Of a DNA stretch of 64,000 nt, positions 11,201 to 19,819 are shown one piece after another. The notes under the pieces were generated by a model that was not told where the DNA came from, searched no databases, and worked only from the letters and a program-made list of their open reading frames with translations. The first letter of the stretch is position 1; each line of letters begins with the position of its first letter. The stretch spans positions 260,913-324,912 of the IMG/VR virus record IMGVR_UViG_3300034358_000008; one strand, 5' to 3'. The translations under genes and the position numbers were made by a program.

Positions 11201-12342
11201 CTGTTTCTGGGATGACCGGTGTTCCACTGGATTGGTTGTTGGCGATCGTTGGTTTGGAATCTGGCTTCCGTTTTGGAGTTAAGGCTTCGACCTCATCGGC
11301 AACTGGGTGGTTCCAGTTCATTAATAGCACTTGGGATATCATGTATGCTAAGTGCGTTAAGAAATATGGGTTGCCGCCAGATCCAGGTAAGACTCGTGCA
11401 GGTCGTACAGATCCACGTATCAACGCCTTGCTGGGTGGTGAGTTCACGAAGGATAACTGGGAAGGTCTGAAGAAAGGTTTAGGTCGTGATAACATCACGG
11501 ATACGGATGTGTACATGGCTCACTTCTTGGGTCTGTATGGTGCATTGAAATTCCTTCGTGCTGATCCGAATGCCTTCGGGTATAAGGTCTTCAAGGATGC
11601 GTACTCTGCGAACATGCCGTTGTTCTTCGTTGATGGGAAACCATCTAAACCTCGAACGATCTCTGAGATGTATCAGATGTTCCAGGCCAAGATTGCAAAA
11701 TTCTGGGCCACCACAGGTAAGGGTTATAAGTCGAGTGATGGTGGAGAAGCTTCCACTGTACCTCAAGCACAAACACCGGGTCCAGAGAAGACCCCTGAGC
11801 AAATTGCTGACGAGCAACTTCAGTCTAGTTTAAAAGAAGATGCTAAAGACAAAGATGGACTAGGTAAATCTGGTGATGGCCAAGATCCTTTGGACGTACC
11901 GGGTTCTGATAGTATCCCTACCGTAGCTTCTATAGCGGCGGATACTGCTCCAATGCCGGGTGCTCCTGCAACCGGTGGTGGTTCTAGTTCACCAAGTTCA
12001 AGCGTCAACTCTGAAGGCGCTGATTCGGGTGCTAGCTCAGTAGATACACAACGTCAATCTCAAATGGATACCGCTCAGTCTCAGAACTCTCGCCGTGAGG
12101 CGGAAGTTAGACGTGATCAAGCAACAGCTAGCGAAGTAGGGGACATTCAGACTAAACAACTGAACACACTTTACGAGATTCGTGACCTGATGAAAGTTGC
12201 GTTGGAACAGATCGGTAATAAATTCGGAGGTGGTGCTGGTGGACAACAAGGTTCGAATAGTCAATCGGGTAATAGTATGACCCCGTCTGGCATACAGAGC
12301 CGTCCAGCAGCTCAGCGACCGAGTAGCTTGACGCTGAAGTAA
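5227..12342 (+). CDS. Large tail protein with C-terminal lytic transglycosylase (phiKZ gp181-like)
   Basis: 2371 aa, helical and low-complexity; SLT motifs LESG...SATGWFQFINSTW...YMAHFLG; divergent from the vRNAP genes as in phiKZ. Confidence 0.9.
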   Translation: MAKKTIPLVKPKGTDGKGNIKVPGGPLVLDLGDFDDMFGPLESDSPKGGPLDEFWSGMKESFSDRVQVKDVVRNFLRSAAPDGISNLMGFADEALSASRDIKESLERTNASDLQYIAKRAQALLPKLQDYAPEGIYNDISQGLENKIDEYDYTIQSARDQTPIRRAAQERTETSEIESALDNIALSSKVNHNRSEHGAQVRHNQTRAEASVRDLLKTKRFDFMAKSMGMANDSLQQINGYNQQVNFGFQRKGLELQFRSYMGIKELIKLQEANLELNARAFNAMIRNTGMTDFEKNGNKDLQSMGGQGGGKRQGLVSKATNKTLSHFLGNYGGEAQGRISGDISQKLSMAVMAMKMGEGSGGSMWKNKYKMAGNFAGDQAGDFILNELIPMLGREARPGLTRASDKHLGGAHNKVGYALDNIPAFLQEFVNNNQNQHGMKGKLRGLIAPYVPQFGLQDRTKSSNYQTIDQPAQFNQMTQRTIVDALPGYLARILQTLRQIKTGSDDVGREIWDFTTGKFTVEGSAHDSLLAKIVPKNAIRSASTTINDALNTMDSGGNLSPKARQALSERMLRDASTNRRFDPEAYVKSGGYAKDMPADVAKELEGFFNSKFEMDGQGGMVDNAKNNKLRQEFSQAFLDIRSISRDPIKEISRIIDSGHTDGLRAIGIIITEDGIDKINYPRIWELLRSGVTDGNPFGPGGNGGHDPSRDDQSGNAGHKDFMGPKAPGDADWVKGKLSRFRTKYAPEEQAARDQMAKHLKTMRGRFGSAANHVQDMASNLPGQFQDLQKQAGEAGGYSQLLSGKYKGQMQGMADTGMAGFNQFVGKASNVVNDAVSSVVHRSEDVITDLYSQFDKNYPALRAKDFVNGSLIDVNTKQIITKLSDITGKVINMAGDTILTANEVAAGLMNPNGDIVLKVDGNSTSKVGDAIDKNQPKLNGEGGSGDPQDPNSEENLNSQDWALGPGENIVLTARGLLNGEYRDEAGKIINSIKDIAGDVFDKTGNVVLTAKEFAGGLWGRRSGTRYRPTKNFARLLRLGKAAGRFSSQSAGTIAWGATKFMAKATLGIASRLFNIFVDNQNAYTEGDPIPVLTRRSLANGEYFDDKGKVIENFVDVYSIIHDAKGEPVIPADQYKLLKNYDGTRHVLAKNKRIWGKLVMRPLRAMRNAYARQTKKYYKWLGKTSVKVGGWVGKKTLGGFAKAGGMIFNRMFEKIPDEQRATAEATAAGASVANQPVVEGLQEILQELKDQKPKEIRKGSWQDKDGKKEEGEKEKKGDAKEEKKSGFLKRGLAGIAGMLGLGGKKKKDDGEEGEEDEDGGIMDSISGAADINSLSGGKGGKIMKWGKKLIGGKASKMLGSIASSKVGQFIGKAGGQMLMRGAMMAGTAIAGLLSGPVLLIAAAVAVTAGAAYLGWNRYKNISGEFRELRLAQYGVDKPVSKGFIDSITSMDMFSLGGDKIKILKMEGLLDKFTSKDAEKPQVNISGAGGQELLDIMGIDIDDEAAVMVFARWLEKRFKPVYLQWIGGLNKIGQGTVNINDVDDKVPEELKGDFLETIRFPYNNESPYVVTENPFSPSYPLPNNMDVISKMFDELKEKYGLKKKEAEEKKAAEAGKDGKLGTPADVAKSATDGIAKDAVAATGGAAAGAGAMSAAQKLANEASQKDKTEQDKLKSPTEVANAGVLSASQAVAGMSGEIADLSAKLGRTLTALQAIRMRAYGMQFLTAAEVTAVLALEAIYAKDLTVSATSVDYGGDAGVLLSEAGRLLGKDTAIGADDRYALHGWLTNRFTPVFRAYFGAARNVQPAASLAGLESKLTASDKVTVATAMLGALDAFKRSIWDAPSLFEIMGDPKQLKALADADLASLQKDAEKEALATPTQKSSDAVAGKAAADKGGSFADQVMSGIKDTWDSAKETVSSAWNNATDAVGDTVAGAKIALGMGPEFGGGGTAKGGTVQSAGNTGAVVAGNGGQWEAIPIPTASGSIKAALPTLKAVSGMTGVPLDWLLAIVGLESGFRFGVKASTSSATGWFQFINSTWDIMYAKCVKKYGLPPDPGKTRAGRTDPRINALLGGEFTKDNWEGLKKGLGRDNITDTDVYMAHFLGLYGALKFLRADPNAFGYKVFKDAYSANMPLFFVDGKPSKPRTISEMYQMFQAKIAKFWATTGKGYKSSDGGEASTVPQAQTPGPEKTPEQIADEQLQSSLKEDAKDKDGLGKSGDGQDPLDVPGSDSIPTVASIAADTAPMPGAPATGGGSSSPSSSVNSEGADSGASSVDTQRQSQMDTAQSQNSRREAEVRRDQATASEVGDIQTKQLNTLYEIRDLMKVALEQIGNKFGGGAGGQQGSNSQSGNSMTPSGIQSRPAAQRPSSLTLK

Positions 12343-12348
12343 TTCATA

Positions 12349-12376
12349 GGCCGGTCCTTCGGGACTGGCTTTATTT
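12349..12376 (+). terminator. Intrinsic terminator
   Basis: GGCCGGTCC-TTCG-GGACTGGCT followed by a T-rich tail. Confidence 0.8.
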
Positions 12377-12393
12377 CCCTTGAGGTTTCAATA

Positions 12394-14412
12394 ATGGCCG
12401 AAGACTTACAACCCATCTGGCTACGGAAAGCATTTATGCTTCCAGTCAGTTACGAAAAAAGTAGTTATGGTTCTAATACCAAACGCCGAATGGCTAACTC
12501 AGCAGCATTCAAATTTACGAACACCTCTCCGGGTGGCAGCTTCCCCATCAACATGTTACCCCAATACACACGCTACTGTGATATCCGTCAACCGGGTCGT
12601 GGCCGCGCATGGGAAGATCGTTTCCTAGGTATGGGTCGGTATTACTCCGAAGCTCATGACGACACCAAACAAGAACTCCACATGGCCTTTGGCGTACCAC
12701 GCTTTAGTAGCTGGGCTGGATTCTTCACAAACTTCTACGACCGTAGTGCAGCATCGATGGCCAACACTGGCTCTGGTACTGGACTGTGGTATAACTTGGG
12801 TAACGCAGCAGGCTTGTTGGTATCTCTTCCAGCACAGCCGTTTATCCTTGGGTTGACTGGTACAATGAACGTACTTAGTTTCTTGACCAAGTCTCAACCT
12901 TCCAAGTGGTTCTACTTTAAACCGACGATGCACACCTACTGGTCTTCGGTAAACACCCTCGCTAACGAATTCGCTATCGGTCTAGGGATTACTCCTTGGT
13001 TCTGGGCTAACGAATCTCCTGAGGGTACTGACCCAGGGATGAAACGTGTAACTGCTGATACTGATATGCCGGGTGCTCAGGGTACATTGCAAGACATGAA
13101 AGAGCTTCACCGTATTTTCCCATCGTTGTTCCGGGAAGATGGTGGTGTAGACGTAATGGCTCTATGTGGTCGTGCTCAACGTATGGCCGATACATCGCAA
13201 CGTGAGTTCAAGGCTATGGCTGAGAAAGCACGTACTGTGGATGAACTACGAGCAGCTACTGAGAAAGCTATGGCTCAAGCTGTAGTCGATCCTAACCCAG
13301 GTCAAGACGCACGTAAATACTACTTGGACTATCTAAACAAAGATAAGCGAAAGAATAAAGAAGGTAAAGATGAAACGGGGGTAATCGACAACGACTTCTT
13401 CTCTAGTTGGTCTGACTTGACTCACATGTACAAATACATCGTAGGCGCACAGCACGACGGGCAACAATTCGTTACGTTACGAGCTGACTATAACGGTGAG
13501 ATATCTGAGAGCTTTACTAACTCGACACGAGACGTTGGTGTAATTCAAACGTTGAACACGAAAGTAGGTGAAGGTCGGAACAAGTCGTTCGAATTCATGG
13601 GTGGTAACATCGTAGAAGGTGCAGGTGCTGTTACAGGTATGTTGCTCGACTTTGCGGCTGGCGCATTGGACTCGGTTAACTTGGGCGGGCTTGCAGTACT
13701 TACAGGTTCGGCGTTTGTTGACGTACCTGAATACTGGGATGCGGCAACCGCCAGTCTCCCTACTGCTCAGTACACGATTCCTTTGATCACTCCTTACGGT
13801 AACGTGATTTCTCGATTCCTTAACATCTATCTACCGCTTGCTATGATCCTCCCAATGGGTCTACCACGCTCTGCTGGTCGATCGGCATACACAGCCCCAT
13901 TCATCGTACAACTCTTCCATAAAGGTCGCGTACAGCGTCAGCTGGGTATTGTTGACTCTATCCAGATCCGTCGCGGTACAGGTAACGTTGGTTTCAACTC
14001 TAACCACGATATGCTTGGGTGTGAAGTAACGATTGGTATTAAAGACCTTTCGAAGGTCATGCACATTCCTATTAAGGGTGGCTTCGCTTCTCCTAGTTGG
14101 ATTGGTACTGGCGCTAAGTGGGCTACAGCAACTGCTTCTGAAGCGGCTACTGGTAGTGCTGCATTGGGTCTGGCACTGACGGATGGCGCAGTATGGGACG
14201 AACAATCGTTGTTTAACGATTACGTAGCTACACTGTGTTCTCAAAGTTGGTCTGACCTTTACTATGCTGGTAAGCGTTTGAACCTTAACATCACTCGTTC
14301 TGTACAAGCTTTCAAGTCATGGCGTTCTCCATCGAACTTTGCCTCTTGGATCTTGGATGGTGACATTGCTCGTATGTTGTCTGCATTTGTACAAACCACT
14401 GATCGGTTCTAA
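12394..14412 (+). CDS. Virion structural protein (phiKZ gp182-like, tail/baseplate region)
   Basis: 672 aa directly after the gp181-like gene; call rests on synteny and size. Confidence 0.65.
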   Translation: MAEDLQPIWLRKAFMLPVSYEKSSYGSNTKRRMANSAAFKFTNTSPGGSFPINMLPQYTRYCDIRQPGRGRAWEDRFLGMGRYYSEAHDDTKQELHMAFGVPRFSSWAGFFTNFYDRSAASMANTGSGTGLWYNLGNAAGLLVSLPAQPFILGLTGTMNVLSFLTKSQPSKWFYFKPTMHTYWSSVNTLANEFAIGLGITPWFWANESPEGTDPGMKRVTADTDMPGAQGTLQDMKELHRIFPSLFREDGGVDVMALCGRAQRMADTSQREFKAMAEKARTVDELRAATEKAMAQAVVDPNPGQDARKYYLDYLNKDKRKNKEGKDETGVIDNDFFSSWSDLTHMYKYIVGAQHDGQQFVTLRADYNGEISESFTNSTRDVGVIQTLNTKVGEGRNKSFEFMGGNIVEGAGAVTGMLLDFAAGALDSVNLGGLAVLTGSAFVDVPEYWDAATASLPTAQYTIPLITPYGNVISRFLNIYLPLAMILPMGLPRSAGRSAYTAPFIVQLFHKGRVQRQLGIVDSIQIRRGTGNVGFNSNHDMLGCEVTIGIKDLSKVMHIPIKGGFASPSWIGTGAKWATATASEAATGSAALGLALTDGAVWDEQSLFNDYVATLCSQSWSDLYYAGKRLNLNITRSVQAFKSWRSPSNFASWILDGDIARMLSAFVQTTDRF

Positions 14413-14484
14413 GAAATACTGGGGTGTTAGATTCTGTAGAGGATCTAGCATCCCTAACTCTTATTCCCTCTCGTGGAGATTCAC

Positions 14485-14973
14485 ATGAATCTGATTCAAC
14501 GTATCATCGTCTGGTTGGCAACTCGGTTCCTGACCAATGGCTCTGTTGTGGACCTTTTCATTGAAAAGATTCTGGCCAAAGAAGACGCTACACATACCTT
14601 GCGCACGTTGTTCAATCGTCACAACAACACTGTGCCTGGTGATAAGAAGAACCTGAACTTCATCGCCGTGAATCATCTGTACAATATCTTCGGTACACAT
14701 GAACTGGCTAAGTTACTGTTCTTCAAATCGATCAAAGAACAACGTGTCCGTTGCGCAGATGCTGCCTGTGATGAAAGTGAGTTGGATGAACTACTTGTCA
14801 AACTGCGTGACAACATTGCAACTAACCCAATGAAACGACTGTCGACCTTTAAGCAGATCCTACGAACTGCTTTGCCCCTGACAGGTGAAGAGGAGATCGC
14901 TATCCTCGCTCAGATCGCCATGTCTACCAGTCACACCCTCGTCGCCAACGCCCAATTCCTGAAAGAGATCTAA
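14485..14973 (+). CDS. Hypothetical protein, paralogue of next gene
   Basis: GGAG RBS before ATG 14485; shares LAxRFLT and TNxxKR...LP with 14976-15503. Confidence 0.75.
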   Translation: MNLIQRIIVWLATRFLTNGSVVDLFIEKILAKEDATHTLRTLFNRHNNTVPGDKKNLNFIAVNHLYNIFGTHELAKLLFFKSIKEQRVRCADAACDESELDELLVKLRDNIATNPMKRLSTFKQILRTALPLTGEEEIAILAQIAMSTSHTLVANAQFLKEI

Positions 14974-14975
14974 TC

Positions 14976-15503
14976 ATGTCTGCTATTAAATCCGTTGTAA
15001 AGTTCCTCGCTGATCGTTTCCTGACTAAGGACGATCTGCTGCCTGACCTGCTGGCTCAACAAGACATCACTGAACGTGCTAATAGTGCAATCGGTTTCTT
15101 CAAGCGCGAAGCTGCTCTGCTGGTTCCAGGGGGTAAGGTTTACGCTGATGCAGTGAAGGCTGCTGAAGACCTGTTGGTTACTCACTATCGTGCTTCCAGC
15201 TTCGTACAACTGTGCCGTAGCCAAGTACGTAAGAATGCTAAGCCTGAGTACTACACGATCGCTACTATCGGCCAGATCATCGAAGCTCATAAAGCTGATC
15301 ATCGTGAAGATGACGTTGCTCCAGTGGTTGGTGGTGAAGCTGCTGCTCTGTTGGCTACCATCAATGATGCTCTGGGTGCAGCCAAGTCTGAGACTAACTT
15401 CATCAAGCGTCGTTCGATCGTTCGCAAAGCTATCGTCGCTACTCTGCCTGGCATTAGTAGTGATCGTGCTGCTGCGCTGACCGAGTTGACTCTGCTGGTA
15501 TAA
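14976..15503 (+). CDS. Hypothetical protein, paralogue of previous gene
   Basis: 175 aa with high-expression codon usage. Confidence 0.8.
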   Translation: MSAIKSVVKFLADRFLTKDDLLPDLLAQQDITERANSAIGFFKREAALLVPGGKVYADAVKAAEDLLVTHYRASSFVQLCRSQVRKNAKPEYYTIATIGQIIEAHKADHREDDVAPVVGGEAAALLATINDALGAAKSETNFIKRRSIVRKAIVATLPGISSDRAAALTELTLLV

Positions 15504-15510
15504 GAATTCT

Positions 15511-15534
15511 GTCCTCCTTCGGGAGGACTTTATT
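15511..15534 (+). terminator. Intrinsic terminator
   Basis: GTCCTCC-TTCG-GGAGGAC-TTTATT. Confidence 0.8.
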
Positions 15535-15574
15535 CCCAGTTATGTTATGTAATCCATTAACCAAGGAACTCCCA

Positions 15575-16183
15575 ATGAGTCTTTCTCAAACTATGGCTTG
15601 GGCACATGGCCTCGAGTCTGAATCCGATGGCACTGCTCGTGAAGTAGACGTCAAGACAGTTAAGTCCTCTATCGATATCGACGATGTTGATTCGACGGAC
15701 ATCAAAGACAGCGATACTGAAACCAAGAATCTCACCGATGGTGGGGATGAAGTTAATGCCGATACCAATCACGACATCGTAGGTTCTATCGAAGACCACG
15801 AAGCGGGTATTGCATCGGGTGATGCTGGCGGTAAGATCATCGAAGCCTTTGCTATCGATCCTAAATCGAATGCTCCTAAGCGTTTCGTGATCAGTGGCTT
15901 TGATGCCCAGTCTAACGATGCTGCTGAAGCTGGCGACAACCTGAATGCATGTGTGATCTTGCTGCAAAGCGGTCCACTGGGCGAAGTAGGTGTCAACGGT
16001 ATCACTGCTGAAGATCTGCTTAAGGTGGTAGAAGAAACTTACGTCTGCTTCCAAGAAGGCCAGTTTGCTTGTGGAGAGAACGAAGAAGTTCTACAACACA
16101 TTCGTGCTGCACAAGCTGCTATTGCTAAACGTTTCCAACGGCGTGCTGCTGAAGGTACCGAAGGCACCATGCAAGGTAACTGA
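15575..16183 (+). CDS. Tad1-like anti-defence nucleotide sponge domain with acidic N-terminal extension
   Basis: C-terminal LQSGPLGEVGVNGITAEDLL...FQEGQFACGEN...KRFQRRAAEGTEGT aligns with the Tad1 pattern FQxG...GV...DLL...FQxGPF..REN...RR..R...GT; AAGGA RBS before ATG 15575. Confidence 0.75.
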   Translation: MSLSQTMAWAHGLESESDGTAREVDVKTVKSSIDIDDVDSTDIKDSDTETKNLTDGGDEVNADTNHDIVGSIEDHEAGIASGDAGGKIIEAFAIDPKSNAPKRFVISGFDAQSNDAAEAGDNLNACVILLQSGPLGEVGVNGITAEDLLKVVEETYVCFQEGQFACGENEEVLQHIRAAQAAIAKRFQRRAAEGTEGTMQGN

Positions 16184-16215
16184 CATACGGCCTCCCTTCG
16201 GGGAGGCTTTATGAC
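16182..16215 (+). terminator. Intrinsic terminator
   Basis: GGCCTCCC-TTCG-GGGAGGCT-TTATG. Confidence 0.8.
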
Positions 16216-16217
16216 GG

Positions 16218-16247
16218 CAATAGAAAAATCTTCAGATTTATATCATA
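16218..16247 (+). promoter_or_regulatory. Putative early (vRNAP) promoter
   Basis: CAATAGAAAAATCTTCAGATTTATATCATA, identical to 33682-33711; TATATCA core resembles the phiKZ early TATATTAC element. Confidence 0.75.
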
Positions 16248-16277
16248 GCCATGTATCTGAAACCAATAACAGGTGAA

Positions 16278-16610
16278 ATGATGTCAAGAGAATTGATTGG
16301 TGGATCTGATGGTGCAATGTCGACACTCATCATCGACCCCAGCTATGTAAGTTGTATTGATAAACCTCCTTCATTGGAGTCACATCAACGTCGACGTGAT
16401 GAAGAAGACGAAGCGCATGATGCTCGTCTGAATACACTTCGGGCTGAGATGGCCACGCGTAGTGCTAACGACGCTGTAGAAACATTACAGCGCTATGCAG
16501 CTGAGTTGGAACCATTCGGTACCCGTACTAAACCTGCGAGCTGGTTCCGTCGTAAGTACATCCGTTGGACTTATAAACTGCACGAGATCATCAAGATCAT
16601 TCGGGAGTAG
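16278..16610 (+). CDS. Hypothetical protein
   Basis: ORF following the promoter; AGGTG RBS before ATG 16278. Confidence 0.7.
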   Translation: MMSRELIGGSDGAMSTLIIDPSYVSCIDKPPSLESHQRRRDEEDEAHDARLNTLRAEMATRSANDAVETLQRYAAELEPFGTRTKPASWFRRKYIRWTYKLHEIIKIIRE

Positions 16611-16612
16611 TA

Positions 16613-17032
16613 ATGGATCAGAATTCGGTAGAATACCAAGAACGTCGAGAAAGTTTCCTCAATGGGCAGGAACGTTTGTTTGATCTGGTAAATGATCGAC
16701 AAGGTGGCGTACTCAAGAAAGACCTCGGTGATGAGATCTACAAACTCTATACCACCGAAGGTCTGACAACCGTACAAGTAGCTGAACGTGTGGACTGTTG
16801 GGTTGAAGAAGGTCGTCCGGTAGTTGTACGTACACCAGAAGAGCAAGTAGACGAAGCACTTGACCGCGCGTTCTCTCTATCAGGCTTCGATGGTTCATGG
16901 CATAAAGAATACGCAATCGATCAAATGGTCCGTGCACTCACTGGTCCGAAGTATCGTGAATGGGTTGCCAAGTTCGAAGACGGTGAAGACGGCCCACAAA
17001 CGTACAGCTGGGAAACAGGTACACCGCCATGA
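16613..17032 (+). CDS. Hypothetical protein with conserved phage module DGxxHKxxxIDQMVRAL...WxxGxxP
   Basis: C-terminal motif recognisable from many phage small proteins. Confidence 0.75.
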   Translation: MDQNSVEYQERRESFLNGQERLFDLVNDRQGGVLKKDLGDEIYKLYTTEGLTTVQVAERVDCWVEEGRPVVVRTPEEQVDEALDRAFSLSGFDGSWHKEYAIDQMVRALTGPKYREWVAKFEDGEDGPQTYSWETGTPP

Positions 17033-17214
17033 GTTACTACCATCATCTATTCATAGTTTACGTTGACGCGGTTGTCTCGAGTTGTGATACCTTAGGGTTG
17101 TCTAATGACGAATCCCTTAAGCGTTCGCAGTGCTGCTGGGATCTGCAACAACGTATTCGTAAAGGCGGTACTATCGTTCGAATCACGGTGAATCCAATTG
17201 GTCGAATTGTGTAA
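17029..17214 (+). CDS. Hypothetical protein
   Basis: ATGA overlap with the upstream stop. Confidence 0.55.
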   Translation: MSYYHHLFIVYVDAVVSSCDTLGLSNDESLKRSQCCWDLQQRIRKGGTIVRITVNPIGRIV

Positions 17215-17512
17215 ACGTCCTATCCGTCGTAGTTCAGTGGTTGCCTATAAAGAAGGTGGTCATTTATTCTACGGGCGGGTTATCCGAGTTTTACCTAACG
17301 GTGATATCTTCTGGTTGTGCTGTGGACTTCATTTCCATATCACTCCAGTAGCCGACTTGCATCACTTGTCTTACAAAGGTCGCTACAACTGGAAGAAACA
17401 TTGGATTCCAATGACTAGCCTTAGGAGTCTTAAACTTCAGGCCACGCGGTACCATTATGAGTACGCTCATAACACGCCGCTCGACTATCACCACATTCGG
17501 AGAAAGCTATGA
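17198..17512 (+). CDS. Hypothetical protein
   Basis: Fills the operon; its stop overlaps the next start. Confidence 0.6.
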   Translation: MVELCKRPIRRSSVVAYKEGGHLFYGRVIRVLPNGDIFWLCCGLHFHITPVADLHHLSYKGRYNWKKHWIPMTSLRSLKLQATRYHYEYAHNTPLDYHHIRRKL

Positions 17513-18012
17513 ATATCTGTCCTACTGGTTACTGTGGTTATCCATGCATGTGTGCATCGTCTTACAACCATGTAAATGCCACAGACACCAAAGAACTAAT
17601 TGGTATCTTGAAGAAGCGTCTTACCACAATTGCTGAAGGCGTAGCTAGTAAAGATACCGGCGAAGCGATGGTCGAGTTTGCAACCAAGACCGCTGTGATC
17701 AAAGTGATCCGTTGTGATAATGCGGTTCATCAAACAAACATCGAGTTGCACAAGTTTACCCCTAACTTGAATCCTGAGGGAATCAATGCCCTTAGTGGAA
17801 TGTGTTCGATCCTAAAGGTTGGCGATACATTCAAATCTAAGGAAGGGTACGATCCAGATGCTACAGGTTGGATCAGTTACGAGATCGTCAACTATAAAGG
17901 TGAGATCTCTGTTCAGGTGGTCACTAAGTCTACAGCCTATCCCGATATGACCGCGTACATCGGCTTCGAAGATGGTCTAACCTATTACCCAAAGGATGCA
18001 CTCCCAGCATGA
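17509..18012 (+). CDS. Hypothetical protein
   Basis: ATGA coupling at both ends. Confidence 0.7.
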   Translation: MNICPTGYCGYPCMCASSYNHVNATDTKELIGILKKRLTTIAEGVASKDTGEAMVEFATKTAVIKVIRCDNAVHQTNIELHKFTPNLNPEGINALSGMCSILKVGDTFKSKEGYDPDATGWISYEIVNYKGEISVQVVTKSTAYPDMTAYIGFEDGLTYYPKDALPA

Positions 18013-18674
18013 ACGATATCCAAGAGATTGTAAAAGGCGCCGTTAACAATGCGGTAATGGAAGGTCTGGTTAAGCTGGTACTTAACCCATACTTCCTGAA
18101 GATCCTCCAAGCCAGTGAGTTCAGCGCGTTGATTGATAACGTGTCGAAAGAATCGCAGGAACGAGAATTGCAATGGTTCCTCGACAAAGAGAGCGGGCCA
18201 CGTCAGACAGCCGAAGAACAAGCTGCTGCTTTGCGTAGCCAGTTCGGTGAAGACGGTATGAAAGCTGTAGGTGGTCTACTGACTGGTTATCATGAACCAA
18301 TGATTCCTGAGGCTGTGGTACCGTTTAAGGTCGGCCAGAAAGTTGTGATCGAAGAACCGATTCCTAAGTTCGACCGTTACAACTTCCCACTGCGTTCTGC
18401 TGGTTATGGTATCTGGGAAATCGGATTGAATAATCCACGGGTACGTGAAGCTGCTAATTTGTCGACTCGTGAGTTCTTCCGGGAGCAGGGTGCGATCAGT
18501 GGCTACGATGTTACTGATACAGTCATGTATTACGTATCGGACTTCGAACCATCGTCTTTTGTACATGTGCACAACGTGAGCCAAGGTAAGAACTTCCGTC
18601 TTGGCACCACCCTCGAGCAGTTCAATCAGTGGTTCAAGGCTACCTCCACTAAACTTGCTATTCTCGCTGACTGA
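18009..18674 (+). CDS. Hypothetical protein
   Basis: 221 aa, translationally coupled. Confidence 0.75.
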   Translation: MNDIQEIVKGAVNNAVMEGLVKLVLNPYFLKILQASEFSALIDNVSKESQERELQWFLDKESGPRQTAEEQAAALRSQFGEDGMKAVGGLLTGYHEPMIPEAVVPFKVGQKVVIEEPIPKFDRYNFPLRSAGYGIWEIGLNNPRVREAANLSTREFFREQGAISGYDVTDTVMYYVSDFEPSSFVHVHNVSQGKNFRLGTTLEQFNQWFKATSTKLAILAD

Positions 18675-18737
18675 TCCGCAATAAGTAATACCCACAACTA
18701 ATTCAAAACATCACTTTACGTAATAGGAAAATGTATC

Positions 18738-19160
18738 ATGGCTAAGACTACCAACACTGAACTGAAATCCCGCTCGTTCGCTACCGACAACAACCTGGGT
18801 GAACACTACATCCTGAACGAAGCTAACAGTTTCGATGTTGCTGCTGATCTGTACAGCACCGTTGTACTGGAGAAGTGTGGTATCACTCTGGACCAACTGA
18901 AGAAGAAACAAAAGCTGGATGGTGAGTTCGCCAGTGCTTCTGTTCTCCTCGGTGGTGAAGCAGCTGATGCACGCTTCAAAGAAAACGCTGAGCTGTCTGA
19001 GATCTCTCTGAGTATCCCTATGGGTGGTTCGCAAACTCTGTCGGCTGTGTTCACCCGTGGTCAAGCGACTGTGGTTGCAATGAACACCAAGATCGAAACC
19101 GCTGAGATGAAACGCGTACTGGGTCACCTCGATGGTTTGTTCGCTGAAGTAGCGAGCTAA
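18738..19160 (+). CDS. Hypothetical protein (highly expressed codon usage)
   Basis: AGGA RBS and strong codon bias. Confidence 0.8.
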   Translation: MAKTTNTELKSRSFATDNNLGEHYILNEANSFDVAADLYSTVVLEKCGITLDQLKKKQKLDGEFASASVLLGGEAADARFKENAELSEISLSIPMGGSQTLSAVFTRGQATVVAMNTKIETAEMKRVLGHLDGLFAEVAS

Positions 19161-19465
19161 TGTCTAGCCGCAGCTGTTTTACAAATCGGGTAAGTGACGC
19201 TGTAAAGGATAAGCTTGCTAAAGAAGCTACCCAGATTACAGCTAAACGCATGACCGATTACACAGCTGGCCTTAAGGATGGGGTAGATCTCATCCTTAAG
19301 CTTACATCCAGTGCCAACTACGAAGACGGGGGCTTTAAGATCTTCCAAGTTGACATGATTCCAGTTGTGCACACCGAACCCGTTCAAATGTTTAATCACG
19401 ACCGTCCGTTAGGTTCACCCTGTGTGACTTTAATGGATGAGTTATGGAATAAGGTGAGTTCATGA
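19160..19465 (+). CDS. Hypothetical protein
   Basis: TAATG coupling. Confidence 0.65.
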   Translation: MSSRSCFTNRVSDAVKDKLAKEATQITAKRMTDYTAGLKDGVDLILKLTSSANYEDGGFKIFQVDMIPVVHTEPVQMFNHDRPLGSPCVTLMDELWNKVSS

Positions 19466-19818
19466 TTCCTGCTCCACAAATGTCGGTTGAAGATCTCCGG
19501 CAACGTGTTAAAGAAGCTGCTGACTTGATTAACGAACCAAACTTCAAAGAACAGTTTGATCGTTATATTTTTCTGCGTCGATGGCTTATCCGTTTCGCTA
19601 AGGATATAAGTCAGGCGGAAGAACATCGTATCGATGCCTTTATGTGTTCCGATGCATTGAAGTTTGCGATGAACGTTACTACCGGTGCAATGCTGAAGAT
19701 GGCGAAGATGTTTGAATATAAGGAATCCGCACTATACGGAAAGCCTGTCGCTAATAATCCACCTGTCCGCCATTACTTTGCTCAGAATCTCCTGACTTCC
19801 GCATGTCGAGTTAATTGA
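19462..19818 (+). CDS. Hypothetical protein
   Basis: ATGA coupling. Confidence 0.65.
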   Translation: MIPAPQMSVEDLRQRVKEAADLINEPNFKEQFDRYIFLRRWLIRFAKDISQAEEHRIDAFMCSDALKFAMNVTTGAMLKMAKMFEYKESALYGKPVANNPPVRHYFAQNLLTSACRVN

Positions 19819-19819
19819 C

